Notes under the pieces: generated by a model
Told to the model about the DNA's origin: nothing
Database searches by the model: none
Seen by the model: only the letters and a program-made list of their open reading frames with translations
From: Octopus sinensis
Taxonomy: Eukaryota
Assembly (NCBI RefSeq): GCF_006345805.1
Contig: NC_043008.1
Location: 53,754,001 to 53,818,000, forward strand
Direction of reading: 5' to 3'
Length of the DNA: 64,000 bases
Shown: one piece after another, positions 40,141 through 51,207 of the stretch
How the letters are laid out: each line of letters begins with the position of its first letter
How positions within the stretch are numbered: the first letter of the stretch is position 1
Program-made: the position numbers and the translations under genes

Positions 40141-41879
40141 AGTTCACTTACACATATGTCTCATTTATATCAGCTCAAAACAAGAAATATAGCTCCATGC
40201 ATGTATTTAATTATTATCAAGAGTTACAAAATAGGCATTCATGGACAAATTGATTACAAATTGAATAAAGACATATGTTGATTAATATAACCTTTCCTAA
40301 GTACGATGTCAATTCTAGACATATTTTGACCACAAAGTTTAGTTTTTTTTTGTAGGATCTGATAAGGAAATATTCGAAATTATAAAACTGGTTGCAAATG
40401 AGAACTCTCGTTCTGAAATATGATATAAAGTGGCATTCTTCTTGTGTAGGGATCATCAACGAGAGCAACCATTTACATATGGAGTTAAAGTTTTGAATGT
40501 CAAAGCCATCCAGTTCCTATCGTTGTCGTCTATTCTCCATCGCAGCAGGGATAATTTTTCTTGTCTGCTAGTAGTAGCAACTGGATCCTAGTCTTCTAGA
40601 CTTGGAAGGCGGTCGGACCACATTGGCACAGCGAGCTATGACGGCTGCAGTGACCAACAAATTATAGACTTTACACTGGGTTGCCGTCTCCTGGGCGAAT
40701 TGCACCACGCGCTTGGAGAGCACCACATACCCTGAATTATATAAATTAATATTAATACTACCTTTATCTTTTTCATATGGAAACACAGAACAGTCTGTGT
40801 ATTTAACGACAAAAATCTAACCGGTTTTATATCACGTAACATTTGGCGTCAAGATTCGTCAGGATTTGACAGAGAGCTTTTATAATATATATATATGTGG
40901 GTGCGTGTGTGTGTTTGTGTGTGTGTGTGTGTATGTGTGTGTGTGTGTGCGTGGCTATTTTAGTCGTGTTTAATTTGACCATATTCAAGTCTGGTCCTGG
41001 GCAATCACAGTCACATCGCCATATTTACGGACATAATGTGTTCTCTTATCTTTTAAATAAGATTCGGTTTTTGAGTGGGTCAATTAATGTCACTCTTTTT
41101 AATCTAAGCCCCCCCCCCCCACACACACACACAGACATAGGCATGTTCAAACGTTATCTTTATTTGAATCCACTCTTCTCGCAGCTTTCAATTCGCTTCT
41201 TCCCCTCTCCGGCTTGAGAAGTTTTCTTTGCGTTACAATTTTTTCAAGTTCCTTTCTACTACAAATAACCTTGGATGAATATCTTCTACTACGTCATCCA
41301 AGGAATGCAAACATTGTCAATGAAATCCTGTAGAAGGAAAATGCATAAATAAATATACACTGTACCAAATCTTGATGGTAAGTTTAAGATTTCACGCACA
41401 TTACTGTTTTAACTGACCCTTGGCTACCATTAGTACATTTCACATTGCTGCAAACACTCATTCTGGGCCACCCGTTTTTGTTTTCTCTCCCGGTGTTGGT
41501 TATCGTTGCATCGTCTTGCCTAATTAATCCATAAAAGTGTCGTAAATATAATTTAAATTGAAATTCTTTGCAAATGAGAGCAGCAGTTTTATTCAAACAA
41601 ATCTACGCATTTTAAAAGCCGTCACTTTAAGCGGCTTTTAAATGGTCTGAAATGATGAGAAATGTATGTTCATTATATAAGCATCATCTATCATTATTAA
41701 TATTCATTGAAAGACATTAATTATTTGAGGGAATAACAACATGGTAGCTGATTCAAGTAGATATCCTTCATGCAGCTATTCGGCTTGCTAAAAATATCCT
41801 AAAATTTGAAAAAGAAATGAAAGTACGTAAAGTTTTAATTAGTCCTATATTTCCCACCTCCCTCTCATCCTCCTCCTTC

Positions 41880-42170
41880 TCATCATCATCATCATCATCA
41901 TCATCAACAGCAGCAGCAGCAGCAGCAGCATTTAACGTCTGTCTTCCATACTAACATTGGTTGGGCGTTTCAGCAGTATCTGGCGAGCTGGAAATCTGCA
42001 TCGAGCTTCTATGACTATTTTAGCATGTTTTCTACGCTCGTGTGTTCTTCCTAAAGCCAGCCACTTTACAGTGTGTAATGGGGGTAGGGGCTTTTTTCGA
42101 GACACCGGCACTGGTGAGGTCACCAAGTACACCACAAGCCAAAGTAAACACCTTCTTGATTATGTTAGCG
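41880..42170 (-). mobile_element. Decayed SINE whose tail ends ...GACGTTAAA-(TGC)n(TGA)n
   Basis: Plus strand shows (CAT)n(CAG)n followed by TTTAACGTCTGTCTTCCATACTAACATTGGTTGG. Confidence 0.55.
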
Positions 42171-42393
42171 TAGACTAGGGAATAAGGTGGCTTTATACCA
42201 TGTGTTGGGAGGCTAAAGTACAATAAAGAAACAGGAAGAGGTTTCATGCTGTAGAAAAAATACATGCCTACCTTGCATTACTTAAGGGTTAGCGAGAGAA
42301 GCTGCAAAAAACAAAGATATGTGGTGGTGAGATGTCAGGTGTGGCCCTCAAGATACAAGGAGGACATCTATATTTTAATATTTATTTAACGTT

Positions 42394-42607
42394 GAGGCGG
42401 CGAACTGGCAGAAGCGTTAGCACGTCGGTCGAAATGCTTAGCGGTATTTCGTCTGTCTTTAAGTTCCGAGTTCAAATTCCGCCGAGGTTGACTTTGCCTT
42501 TCAGCATTTCGGGGTCGATAAATTAAATACCAGTTGCGTACTGGGATCGATCTAATCGACTGGCCCTCTCCCCCAAAATTTCGGGCCTTGTGCTTAGAGT
42601 AGAAAAG
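42394..42607 (+). mobile_element. SINE family A with a perfect 17-bp TSD
   Basis: AATATTTATTTAACGTT at 42377-42393 and 42608-42624. Confidence 0.9.
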
Positions 42608-42624
42608 AATATTTATTTAACGTT

Positions 42625-43040
42625 AAGGCGGCGAGCTGGCGGAAACGTTAGCACACTCGACAAAATGCTTAGCGGTATTTCGTCTGCGGTTACATTCTGA
42701 GTTCAAATTCCGCCAAGGTCGACTTTATTTTTCATCCTTTCGGGGTTGATTAAACAAGTACCAGTTACGCACTGGGGTCGATCTAATCGACTTAATCCGT
42801 TTGTCTGTCCATGTTTGACCCCCTTTGTGTTTAGCCCCTTGTAGGTAGTAAAGAAATAGGCATTTCAGTTGCCGTTACATTCTGAGTTCAAATTCTGCCG
42901 AGGTCGACTTTATTTTTTATCCTTTCGGGGTGGATTAAACAAGTACCAGTTACGCGCTGGTATCTATATAATCGACTTAATCCCTTTGCCTGTCCTTGTT
43001 TGTCCCTTCTATGTTTAGCCCCCTGTGGGCAATAAAGAAT
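42625..43040 (+). mobile_element. SINE family A (alternative 3' tail) with an internal tandem duplication of its 3' part
   Basis: GTTACATTCTGAGTTCAAATTC...TTTAGCCCC.TGT.GG...TAAAGAA occurs twice; same tail as 59596-59827. Confidence 0.85.
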
Positions 43041-43496
43041 TAAATAGTTACCTAACGTTTCATTTACTATTTTCCTCTAGGATACAAAATATATAAAATT
43101 ATATCGCAGACACATACGGTAAAAAAAAAGTCAAAATACAAGACGCTGCGTACACAATTTTAAAGTCATTATTGTAACGAATGTGATACTACACGAACGT
43201 AGATATGGAAACATAATAAAGCGGATTAAGATTTAAAGCTCTAGTAGTGACAGGAAAAATAGAGAGAAATCTATATTCATTCGTAAAAGGAACAACTAGG
43301 CTATTGCTGTTCTGTGTGCGCGTGTCGGTTTATGCATGCGTTTGTTTTTATACGTTAAGGTTTGCTTAAGAATTTATGTGAATAGTGATTCTATGTTTCA
43401 ATAGAATTTTGTAATTTTGTAAGATCATTTGTTTGAAAATGAATTTACACAGGTTCGCGTAATATATGGCAATGTAAAAATAGAAAAAAATATCTT

Positions 43497-43500
43497 TATT

Positions 43501-43554
<54 letters not shown>

Positions 43555-43561
43555 AATAAAA

Positions 43562-43594
<33 letters not shown>

Positions 43595-43825
43595 GTAATA
43601 ATAATAATAATGATAGTAATTAAAGTAATAATAATAATAATAATAATAATAATTAAAGTAATAATATAATAATAATAATAATAATAATAATATAATAATA
43701 ATAATAAAAGTAATAATAATAATAATAATAATAAAAGTAATATAATAATAATAATAATAATAATAATATAATAATAATAATAATAATAATAAAAGTAATA
43801 ATAATAATAATAATAATAATTAAAG

Positions 43826-43908
<83 letters not shown>

Positions 43909-43922
43909 TAATAATAATAATG
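43497..43922. repeat. (TTA)n switching to (TAA)n, punctuated by AAAG
   Basis: Read directly from the sequence. Confidence 0.95.
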
Positions 43923-44202
43923 ATCGCTGCAACATCGAATAAATGAAATAAAACGGCTATTCATAAAATCATAAGGAGATTTACATTATTAAATGACTCT
44001 GGAAATCTGATGATTCCTTGAAACTGATTACAATTAATAGCTGGCATTGATTTGCGCAGTTGAGAGACACAAAATGAGAATATGAAGTAAATTAATTTCT
44101 ATGTAATAAGCCACAACAGATTATTAATTTCAATGTTGTGCTAAAAGAGAGAAAAGTTTATCTAAACAAAATCCAATGACAATCACCTAAAATTCATTCC
44201 AT

Positions 44203-44270
<68 letters not shown>

Positions 44271-44605
44271 GAACACACACACACACATATGTATGCACAG
44301 AGTGAGAGAGAGTGAAAGACAGAGGTAAAAATACATAGATATACATATACATATCTAGCTATCAATACACACTCAGAAACACGTACATATATGTATGTAT
44401 ATTATTGCAAAATTAAATAAAAGACAAGGGAACAGGAATTAAGTAATCAACTTCATTAGCTTACTACTGTTTCCGCGTGACAATGCAAAGCACTCAGAGC
44501 CAAGTGTTTGTGCATCACCTAAGGGTTTCCTCATATATTGCTTGACTTTAAAATGACGTATGTATATATACGTCATGATATATATATATATATATATATA
44601 TATAC

Positions 44606-44834
44606 CGGAGTAAGCACATAAATGTGAATCAAGGTGGAAAAAAGTGTACTCAAATACCAGAGGTAGAGTAATATGCTTTATTTAAAAGCAGAAGAAATAT
44701 AACACTTGCTGTTACTCGGAGTATCACGTTCCCGTTCGTCCTTTTTATTTAAACAAAACTGTCCGACGAACGGGAACGAGAAACTTTGAGTAACAGCTAT
44801 TGTTATATTTCTGCTGCTTTTAAATAAAGTATAT
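44606..44834. mobile_element. Fold-back element with 70-bp inverted arms (44671-44740 / 44765-44834) carrying a hammerhead-like motif
   Basis: Right arm: CTGT-CCGACGA-ACG GGAA CGA-GAAA-CTTTGAG-TA-ACAG (44759-44796). The left arm read on the minus strand gives ACG GGAA CGT-GATA-CTCCGAG-TA-ACAG. Confidence 0.75.
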
Positions 44835-44916
44835 ATTTATTTATGTTTATGTGTTCCAGTTTCAGCTCTTGAGTTGTGGCCATGCTGGGGCATATATATA
44901 TATATATATATATATA

Positions 44917-44983
<67 letters not shown>

Positions 44984-45221
44984 AAAGGCTAACAATACAT
45001 TATCATTGGATTTAACGAAAGTAGAATGCCGAAAATTTTCTTTGTTTAATTTACGTATTAACTTTAAACAGGTCGGGGAACAATATAACAATATAACAAT
45101 ATTTAGATGAGGGTTATCGGACTTTGGTGGTCAAATTTTTCATGGATTTAAACGGTTCCCTAATTGACCCTCAATGGAGAGCTTCCTGTGTTATGAGAAC
45201 TATTATTCATGTATTCATAAA

Positions 45222-45680
45222 TGTACAGCGTCGCCGTGAGCGGCACATCATTTGTACGATGTGGAGAATATACCGCCAACTTTGCCCAAACGACCTGAAC
45301 ATAAGCTTCAAGGTTCATCCAAGACTGGGACCACGGGCCATACGTCCCCTGCCCAATTCAAGATCACAGCATACATATACACTACAACATACTTTCTTTT
45401 TCTCAACAGGCCCTGCCCTACTTAACATTGTCCCGAAAGAGATCAAAGAGGAACAGGATCCCATCAACTTAAAACGGTGTCTGGATAGATTCCTTCAAGG
45501 AATACCTGATAAGCCACCCATAATTGGATACAACTCACCCAACAAAAACTCACTACTTGAATGGACCATAAGCAAAACTTGAATTAAACAGGATTCAAAT
45601 AATCCTATCAGGTGGTGCTATTAAGTTAGACATGACCTGGACCAATCATTGGTCGAAAGACATCTAAGTTTATCTAAGTT
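45222..45680 (+). mobile_element. CR1-group LINE 3' end
   Basis: QRRRERHIICTMWRIY...HPRLGPRAIRP...GPALLNIVPKEIK...LDRFLQGIPDKP...NSLLEW, then a 3' UTR ending in a repeated ATCTAAGTTT. Confidence 0.85.
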
Positions 45681-46229
45681 TATATATTATGTGTATTAAA
45701 TACACTTTATTTCATACCCTTTTTTCTTCCTCCTCATCGAAATTTATGTAAACCTTCATACTATATGCAACTTTTGTCTTTGTAATGTTCCTTTTATCTG
45801 ATAACCCAGTGGCAAATAAAACAAATATGTGATATGAATGATACGATGTTTATCCGAATTAGTTGTTATTTTGTGTATGCTGGTATGGGATTGATTGGCT
45901 TGTTTTCATATTGACCTTGCTTCGATGATGCGTTTGCATGTGATATAAAGTTGCTAAAATACTATAAACATTTGTAATACATCAATTATAAGTAGAAACG
46001 ATCGATAAATTTTAACAAAATACATTTTTCCTCACACCATTTTTTGTCAGTCTACTCACGTTGATCTGTCGTTCTTTAATCGTTATTAGTCAACATTTTC
46101 GAAGCAATCCATCAACAAAAAACTTAACTACCGTTGGGAATTTACTTGTCTCTCTTCATCCATTTAATATGTCATCTTTTATTACAGCTGTCAAACGCAC
46201 CTCATCGCTATCTGTAACTTACTACCTTG

Positions 46230-46900
46230 AGCACTACATCTTCTTCCGCACAGCTCTCTGAATTTAACGTTGTCAGCACCGTACTGCCTTAAAATATCTA
46301 CATTCTTTTTTCTCCGCAGTTTTCTACATCAATAATTCCTTTTTATCTTTCACTTCTACTGAGATTCAATCTGTCAGCATCTGCCTGTGAGCGTAAGGTC
46401 CAGAATATTTTCAGCTATTACCTTGTTTCTTAATTTCTCCATTTCCTTATTTCAGTCTTGCACCTCAAGGTAGTTATAGATCCTGTGTTTCTTACTCTCA
46501 TGGGGTTTATGCTACTGACTCAGAGTATTAGCATTCTTTTTAGCCTTCAGAAATATATCTTCTTGATTTACTTTTCATTGTTTTATCATTTATATCTTCA
46601 GCTTTCAATACTCCCAGGTACTTATATCCATCAACTGTATCAATCTCCCCTGCTTTTTTTTCTCGTTCGATAAATTTATTCCATTACTTGCATCGTAATT
46701 TTCTTTCTTCATCACAAGGCGTCTACAACGGATATAATGCAGATTCCGTTTTGATGTTATTGCTAAACACTTTCACATTACTGACAATTGTATTTAATTC
46801 CAGTTCAATCCTGCTATATAAATTTTGTCATCCATTTATAGCAGACGATGAACTGCCTCGCGATTTTTCCCTTGGTTGTATCCAGCTCTTTTGCTATTTT
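46230..46900 (-). mobile_element. Decayed R4/Dong-like reverse transcriptase fragment
   Basis: Minus strand: HRLL*MDD (YMDD site hit by a stop), VKVFSNNIK, GYKYLGVLKAEDI, QADADRLNLSR; many stops and frameshifts. Confidence 0.75.
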
Positions 46901-46922
46901 TACTTCTGGACAGAGCATTTTA

Positions 46923-47498
46923 TCTTATAATTCTCCTTGTTCTTCCGTTACTTAGCCCGTCCGTAACGCTTACACATGATTAGTCGAAGGTGGGGTGAGG
47001 GGAAGAGAGGCAATAGGGAGGGGAGGGAAGGAGAGGTAATGGTGAGTGAAATTAGTAATTTTTTTCTTTTAACTAAGTTTTTTTCTCCGTTACTTAGCAT
47101 CTGTTACGCATTCAAGTGATTAGTTGAGCGGAAAGGCGAAGAGCGAGAGAAAAAGAGGGAGAAACAAAATAGAAAGAAAAGGAGGGTAAGGGGAAGAGTG
47201 AGAGAGAAAGAAAATAGAGAGAAAAGGAGGGGAAGGGGAAGAGTGAGAGAGAAAGAAGGAGATTGCTGTGTATTAAGTCTATAAAATTGTGCATAAAGTA
47301 TATAAAGTGTATATATAAAGTACATTAAGTAATCATCGTATTCCAATTTCCTTCTCTTTTCAATGAGTAGCAGATGAGCTACTATCTTTTGATACAGACG
47401 CAACACAAACTAAACTTTCACGTTTCTTGGATAAAGTTTTCAGAAATAAACCAATTGGTTTGCTATTAAGTCCGTGAAATATTCACCGGTCCCGCTAG
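46923..47498 (+). mobile_element. Second non-autonomous Helitron-type element
   Basis: A|TC start, subterminal hairpin CCGTGAA-ATA-TTCACCGG, CTAG|T end, purine-rich interior. Confidence 0.55.
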
Positions 47499-47533
47499 TT
47501 GTTATTATCATCATCATCATCATCATCGTTATT

Positions 47534-47747
47534 AAGGCGGCGAGGTAGCAAAATCGTTAGCTTGCGCAGCAAAACGCTTAGCGGTATTTCGCCCGTCTTT
47601 ACTTTCTGAGTTCAAATTCCGCCCAGATCGACTTTGCCTTTCATCCTTTCAGGGCCGATAAATTCAGTACCAGTTGCATACTGGAATCAATCTAATCGAC
47701 TGGCTCCCTTCACCAAAATTTCGGGACTTGTGCCTAGAGTAGAAAAG
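47534..47747 (+). mobile_element. SINE family A
   Basis: Matches 42394-42607. Confidence 0.88.
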
Positions 47748-47756
47748 ATTATTATT

Positions 47757-47833
47757 TTATGTTTGACTTTTGCTTTACATTTGTACAAGTTAGCTCCAAG
47801 TCTCACCCAGAGACCTCAAGAGACAAGTTGGAA
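47757..47833 (-). mobile_element. Short 3'-UTR remnant of an R4/Dong-like element inside (TAA)n
   Basis: Minus strand GAGGTCTCTGGGTGAGACTT (hairpin)...AAAAGTCAAACATAAAATAATAAT, with TAA repeats on both sides. Confidence 0.5.
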
Positions 47834-47854
47834 TTATTATTATTATTATTATTA

Positions 47855-47890
<36 letters not shown>

Positions 47891-48678
47891 CGAAACAAGA
47901 AAGGTAAAGTGACAGAAATTATTGAAAACCTGATATGAAATACCTTTATGCAATCGTAGAGTAACCGAATTTGCCCCGCTTTCTACATCCATCTCCTGTT
48001 TCCTAGGTTCATGTAATAAATACTACATACATAGCGAGAGGTTATTCCATTGATTCTACTTCCTCCTACAGGTAAATATTGACCTTGCATGAATCTATGC
48101 AAAAGAAACCACCGTGATTATTGCCAAAGAATCTCTTCTTTTATATTTCTCTTTGATATTCCCCTTTCCTTTTGATATTTCACATTTTCATCGTTTGATG
48201 TAAAAGCAATCCGATACGTTTTTAGTGTAATTCAAAGCGGATATTTGCCTTTCATTCATTCTGGTTATTTTTATAAATATGTGTAATTAGCATAGCAGAC
48301 TAATGCATTCAATAGCCACTTTGTAACATTTTATTATTCGACCAACAATAAAACTGTATGACTTCTGTAAATACATTACCGAATATGATTTTTTAAAAAC
48401 TTTATAGTAGAATAAAAATGTTTGATCGATTATTGTGATATAAGAGAGTATATTTTGTCGTTAAATAATTCGACTTTCAGTTTAGAATGAGGAAATCAAT
48501 CGTTAAAAATACAAAAGTTGCTAAAAATATTGATTTATGGCATTGGTGAAACGCCACAAATCTTTAAGTGAAGTAACAGTTGAATTTCTTTTTGGCTTGT
48601 GTTTTGTTTTATTTATGCAGGCATGTTCAGGCGAAAACAAAACATAGGCTACGACATTTTTAGTGATCTGGGATTTTC

Positions 48679-48978
48679 TTTTTTTTTTTATGCGCCCTTT
48701 TCAAGCTTATCCAGGCTCATGGGCCCGATTTCCCGGTTTCTATGGCGTATGTGTGTCCCCCCACCCAGCTGGACGGGGCGCCAGTCCAGCGCAGCATTAC
48801 TCAAGAAACAGGAACAAAGAGTGACAGAAAGCTGGAGCGAAAGAATACAACAGGGGTCGCCACCACACCCTGCCGGAGCCTCGTGGAGCTTTTAGGTGTT
48901 TTCGCTCAATAAACACACACAACGCCCGGTCTGGGAATCGAAACCGCGATCCTCCGACCACTGGGCCATTGCGCCTCC
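48679..48978 (-). mobile_element. SINE with a family B head but a different 3' tail and poly(A)
   Basis: Head GGAGGCGCAATGGCCCAGTGG (19-nt deletion); tail GGACTGGCGCCCCGTCCAGCTGGG...AGAAACCGGGAAATCGGGCCCATGAGCC...An. Confidence 0.85.
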
Positions 48979-49433
48979 ACATCTTGGAAAGTGCTGATCA
49001 TAAGTGGAGGGACGCTGTCGTCTGACCGAAAGCGTACTCTGAATACCGAAAATTGAGTGGATTCCCCTAAGACAACTAGCACCCAAGAACAGGAACGGTC
49101 TCTCTCAAAGTGGTTTGTATTCAGTTTCCGTGCATCAATTTATGTTCCGGAAGTTTTGGTTGGCTCGAAACCACATTGTTTTAAAACTAATATCGTGACT
49201 AAACGAACACGCGTAAATTGATTTACAGTGTGTCTCTCGTATTTATTTCATCGACTCCCATAAAAGCCAAAGGGGAAAAGGAAAATAAGTGTTTTACTTA
49301 ATCAGTGCTACACTTCATAAGTTTAAGTGAGGTGTCTCATTACCACAAAGCATTCTGTTTGGCATTCACCAAGTTTGTTAATAAATCCTTTTACTGGTTA
49401 ATATTTTCCCCATCATCTGTTAAAGCTGATCAG

Positions 49434-49633
49434 TTTTATTCTTTTATTTGTTTCAGTCGTGTGACTGTGGCCATGCCGGAGCACCGCCTTTAGTCGGGCA
49501 AATCCACCCCGGGACTTATTCTGTGTAAGCCTAGTACTTATTCTATCGGTCTCTTTTGCCGAACCGCTAAGTTACGGGGACGTAAACACACCAGCGTCTG
49601 TTGTCAAGCGATGTTGGTAGGGGGACAAACACA
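49434..49633 (-). mobile_element. SINE family C, 3' half
   Basis: Reverse complement of 54220-54395. Confidence 0.85.
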
Positions 49634-50741
49634 GTTTGAACTCTGAACATAAAATTCTGTAACTAAATACTACAATGCATTTTGTTCGACGCTCAAAGGG
49701 TTATGTTAAGTTCTTTCTTTTATTTTTCATTGAAGATCTACGTGGCTAACAAGTTGTTGGAGTTGATTTGCTCCAGCTCGGCCTCAACTGAGAGAAACTA
49801 TGATCAAAGTGTTCCATCCGTGACCACACGGTCTGTTATAGTGAATTTAGGTGTACTTTATGTAATATGAGCTTTTTTCCCCTAATAATAGAGGCAGTAG
49901 CAAGAATGGTGCCAGTCGTACCTATCTCAATGGTAGCTTGGCAAGAAATTTACCTGAGCATATACCGAGGCACAAGCTTTCTTTTCTAAAATCATTATTA
50001 GAGGGAGATTTGGTTGCTCTTTCTAGTACATTGTGCGGTCATGTAGTGGTTACTACGTGGTTACCACATCTATCAGCTATCAGGTATTCAACAGTTTTCC
50101 AACTACCATATAAGGTGATTAACCAAGATTAACCACTATTTCATTTACTTGGTATATATCTTTTTTTTTTATTATTTTGTATACTTTGATTTCTTTCATC
50201 TGTTTGTCTCGGCCAATAGCCATCAGCTTTGTTCTGCGTCCTATTAAACGTTTTGATGAAGTCGCCGCATTATTGCATCGACAATTTACTTGTCAGATAT
50301 CTGCAGCGTATTCGAGTTGATAATTCGAATAAATGTTACCCAAATTCGATTTAGAGATATTTAAGAAAAGCAAATCAAATGATTACTTATAACTTGTGTG
50401 ATAAAATCTGTAAATCTCTCTCATTGACGAATAAATGTTATTAGCTTATCCCTCCATAAACTCTCGCTTTTCAGTTCCCGGTTTCCAACTTTTGTAGTTC
50501 TTCTTGATTGATTGCAGATTTTGTTCCATATATGTGGTTGTTGACTAGAAACTCTAGTAGCACGATCAATCCTTTGGGTTGCGTTAGGTACTTATTTAAT
50601 TCTTTTGATCTAACAGAACAGCTATTAAGGTACTCATACTTTTAGGAGTCCTTTGAGAAATTCTCGGCCTTTTTGCATCTCACTTGCACATTTCATGTTG
50701 GAATGGATCAGTACTCGGTATAAAGTAATCAACCCAACTCT

Positions 50742-51042
50742 GGAGGCACATGACCTAGTGGTTAGAGCAGCGGACTCACGGTCGAGGGATCATGGGTTCG
50801 AATCTCAGACCGGGCAATGTGTGTGTTTATGAGCGAAGCTCCTAAGCTCCACGCAGCTCCGGAAGAAGGTAATGGCAAAACTTCTGCTGACTCTTTCGCC
50901 ACAACTTTCTCTCACTCTTTCCTCCTGCATCTTGCAGCGCACCTGCGACGGACCGGCGTCCCGTCCAGGTGGGGAACCTATACGCCAAGAAACCGGGAAA
51001 CAGGCCCTTATGAGCCAGGTATTGCTCGAGAAGGAACAAACA
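50742..51042 (+). mobile_element. Family B-related SINE (48679-type tail) nested in a family A copy
   Basis: tRNA-like head with GGTTCGAATC; TSD AATCAACCCAACT / AATCGACCCAACT. Confidence 0.85.
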
Positions 51043-51044
51043 AA

Positions 51045-51207
51045 ATCGACCCAACTACTTGACTGGTACTTTATTTTATCAGTTCAGAAAGGATAGAAAC
51101 GCAGAAGCTTTGGCCCCGGTAGAATTTGAACTCAGCATGTAACCAATCCAAACAAACAACACAAACTTTTATCCTTCTTTCCACACGATTCTGTCAACCC
51201 ACCGCCT
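51045..51207 (-). mobile_element. SINE family A, decayed; host of the nested insertion
   Basis: Plus strand CTGGTACTTTATTTTATC...AAAGGATAG...GAATTTGAACTCAG...CGATTCTGTCAACCCACCGCCT. Confidence 0.65.

Noticed and set aside
41611-41642. 11-bp hairpin TTTAAAAGCCG/CGGCTTTTAAA, and a similar one at 55081-55103, as terminators or MITEs
   Set aside because: Short AT-rich palindromes are expected at this base composition, and intrinsic terminators do not apply to eukaryotic DNA
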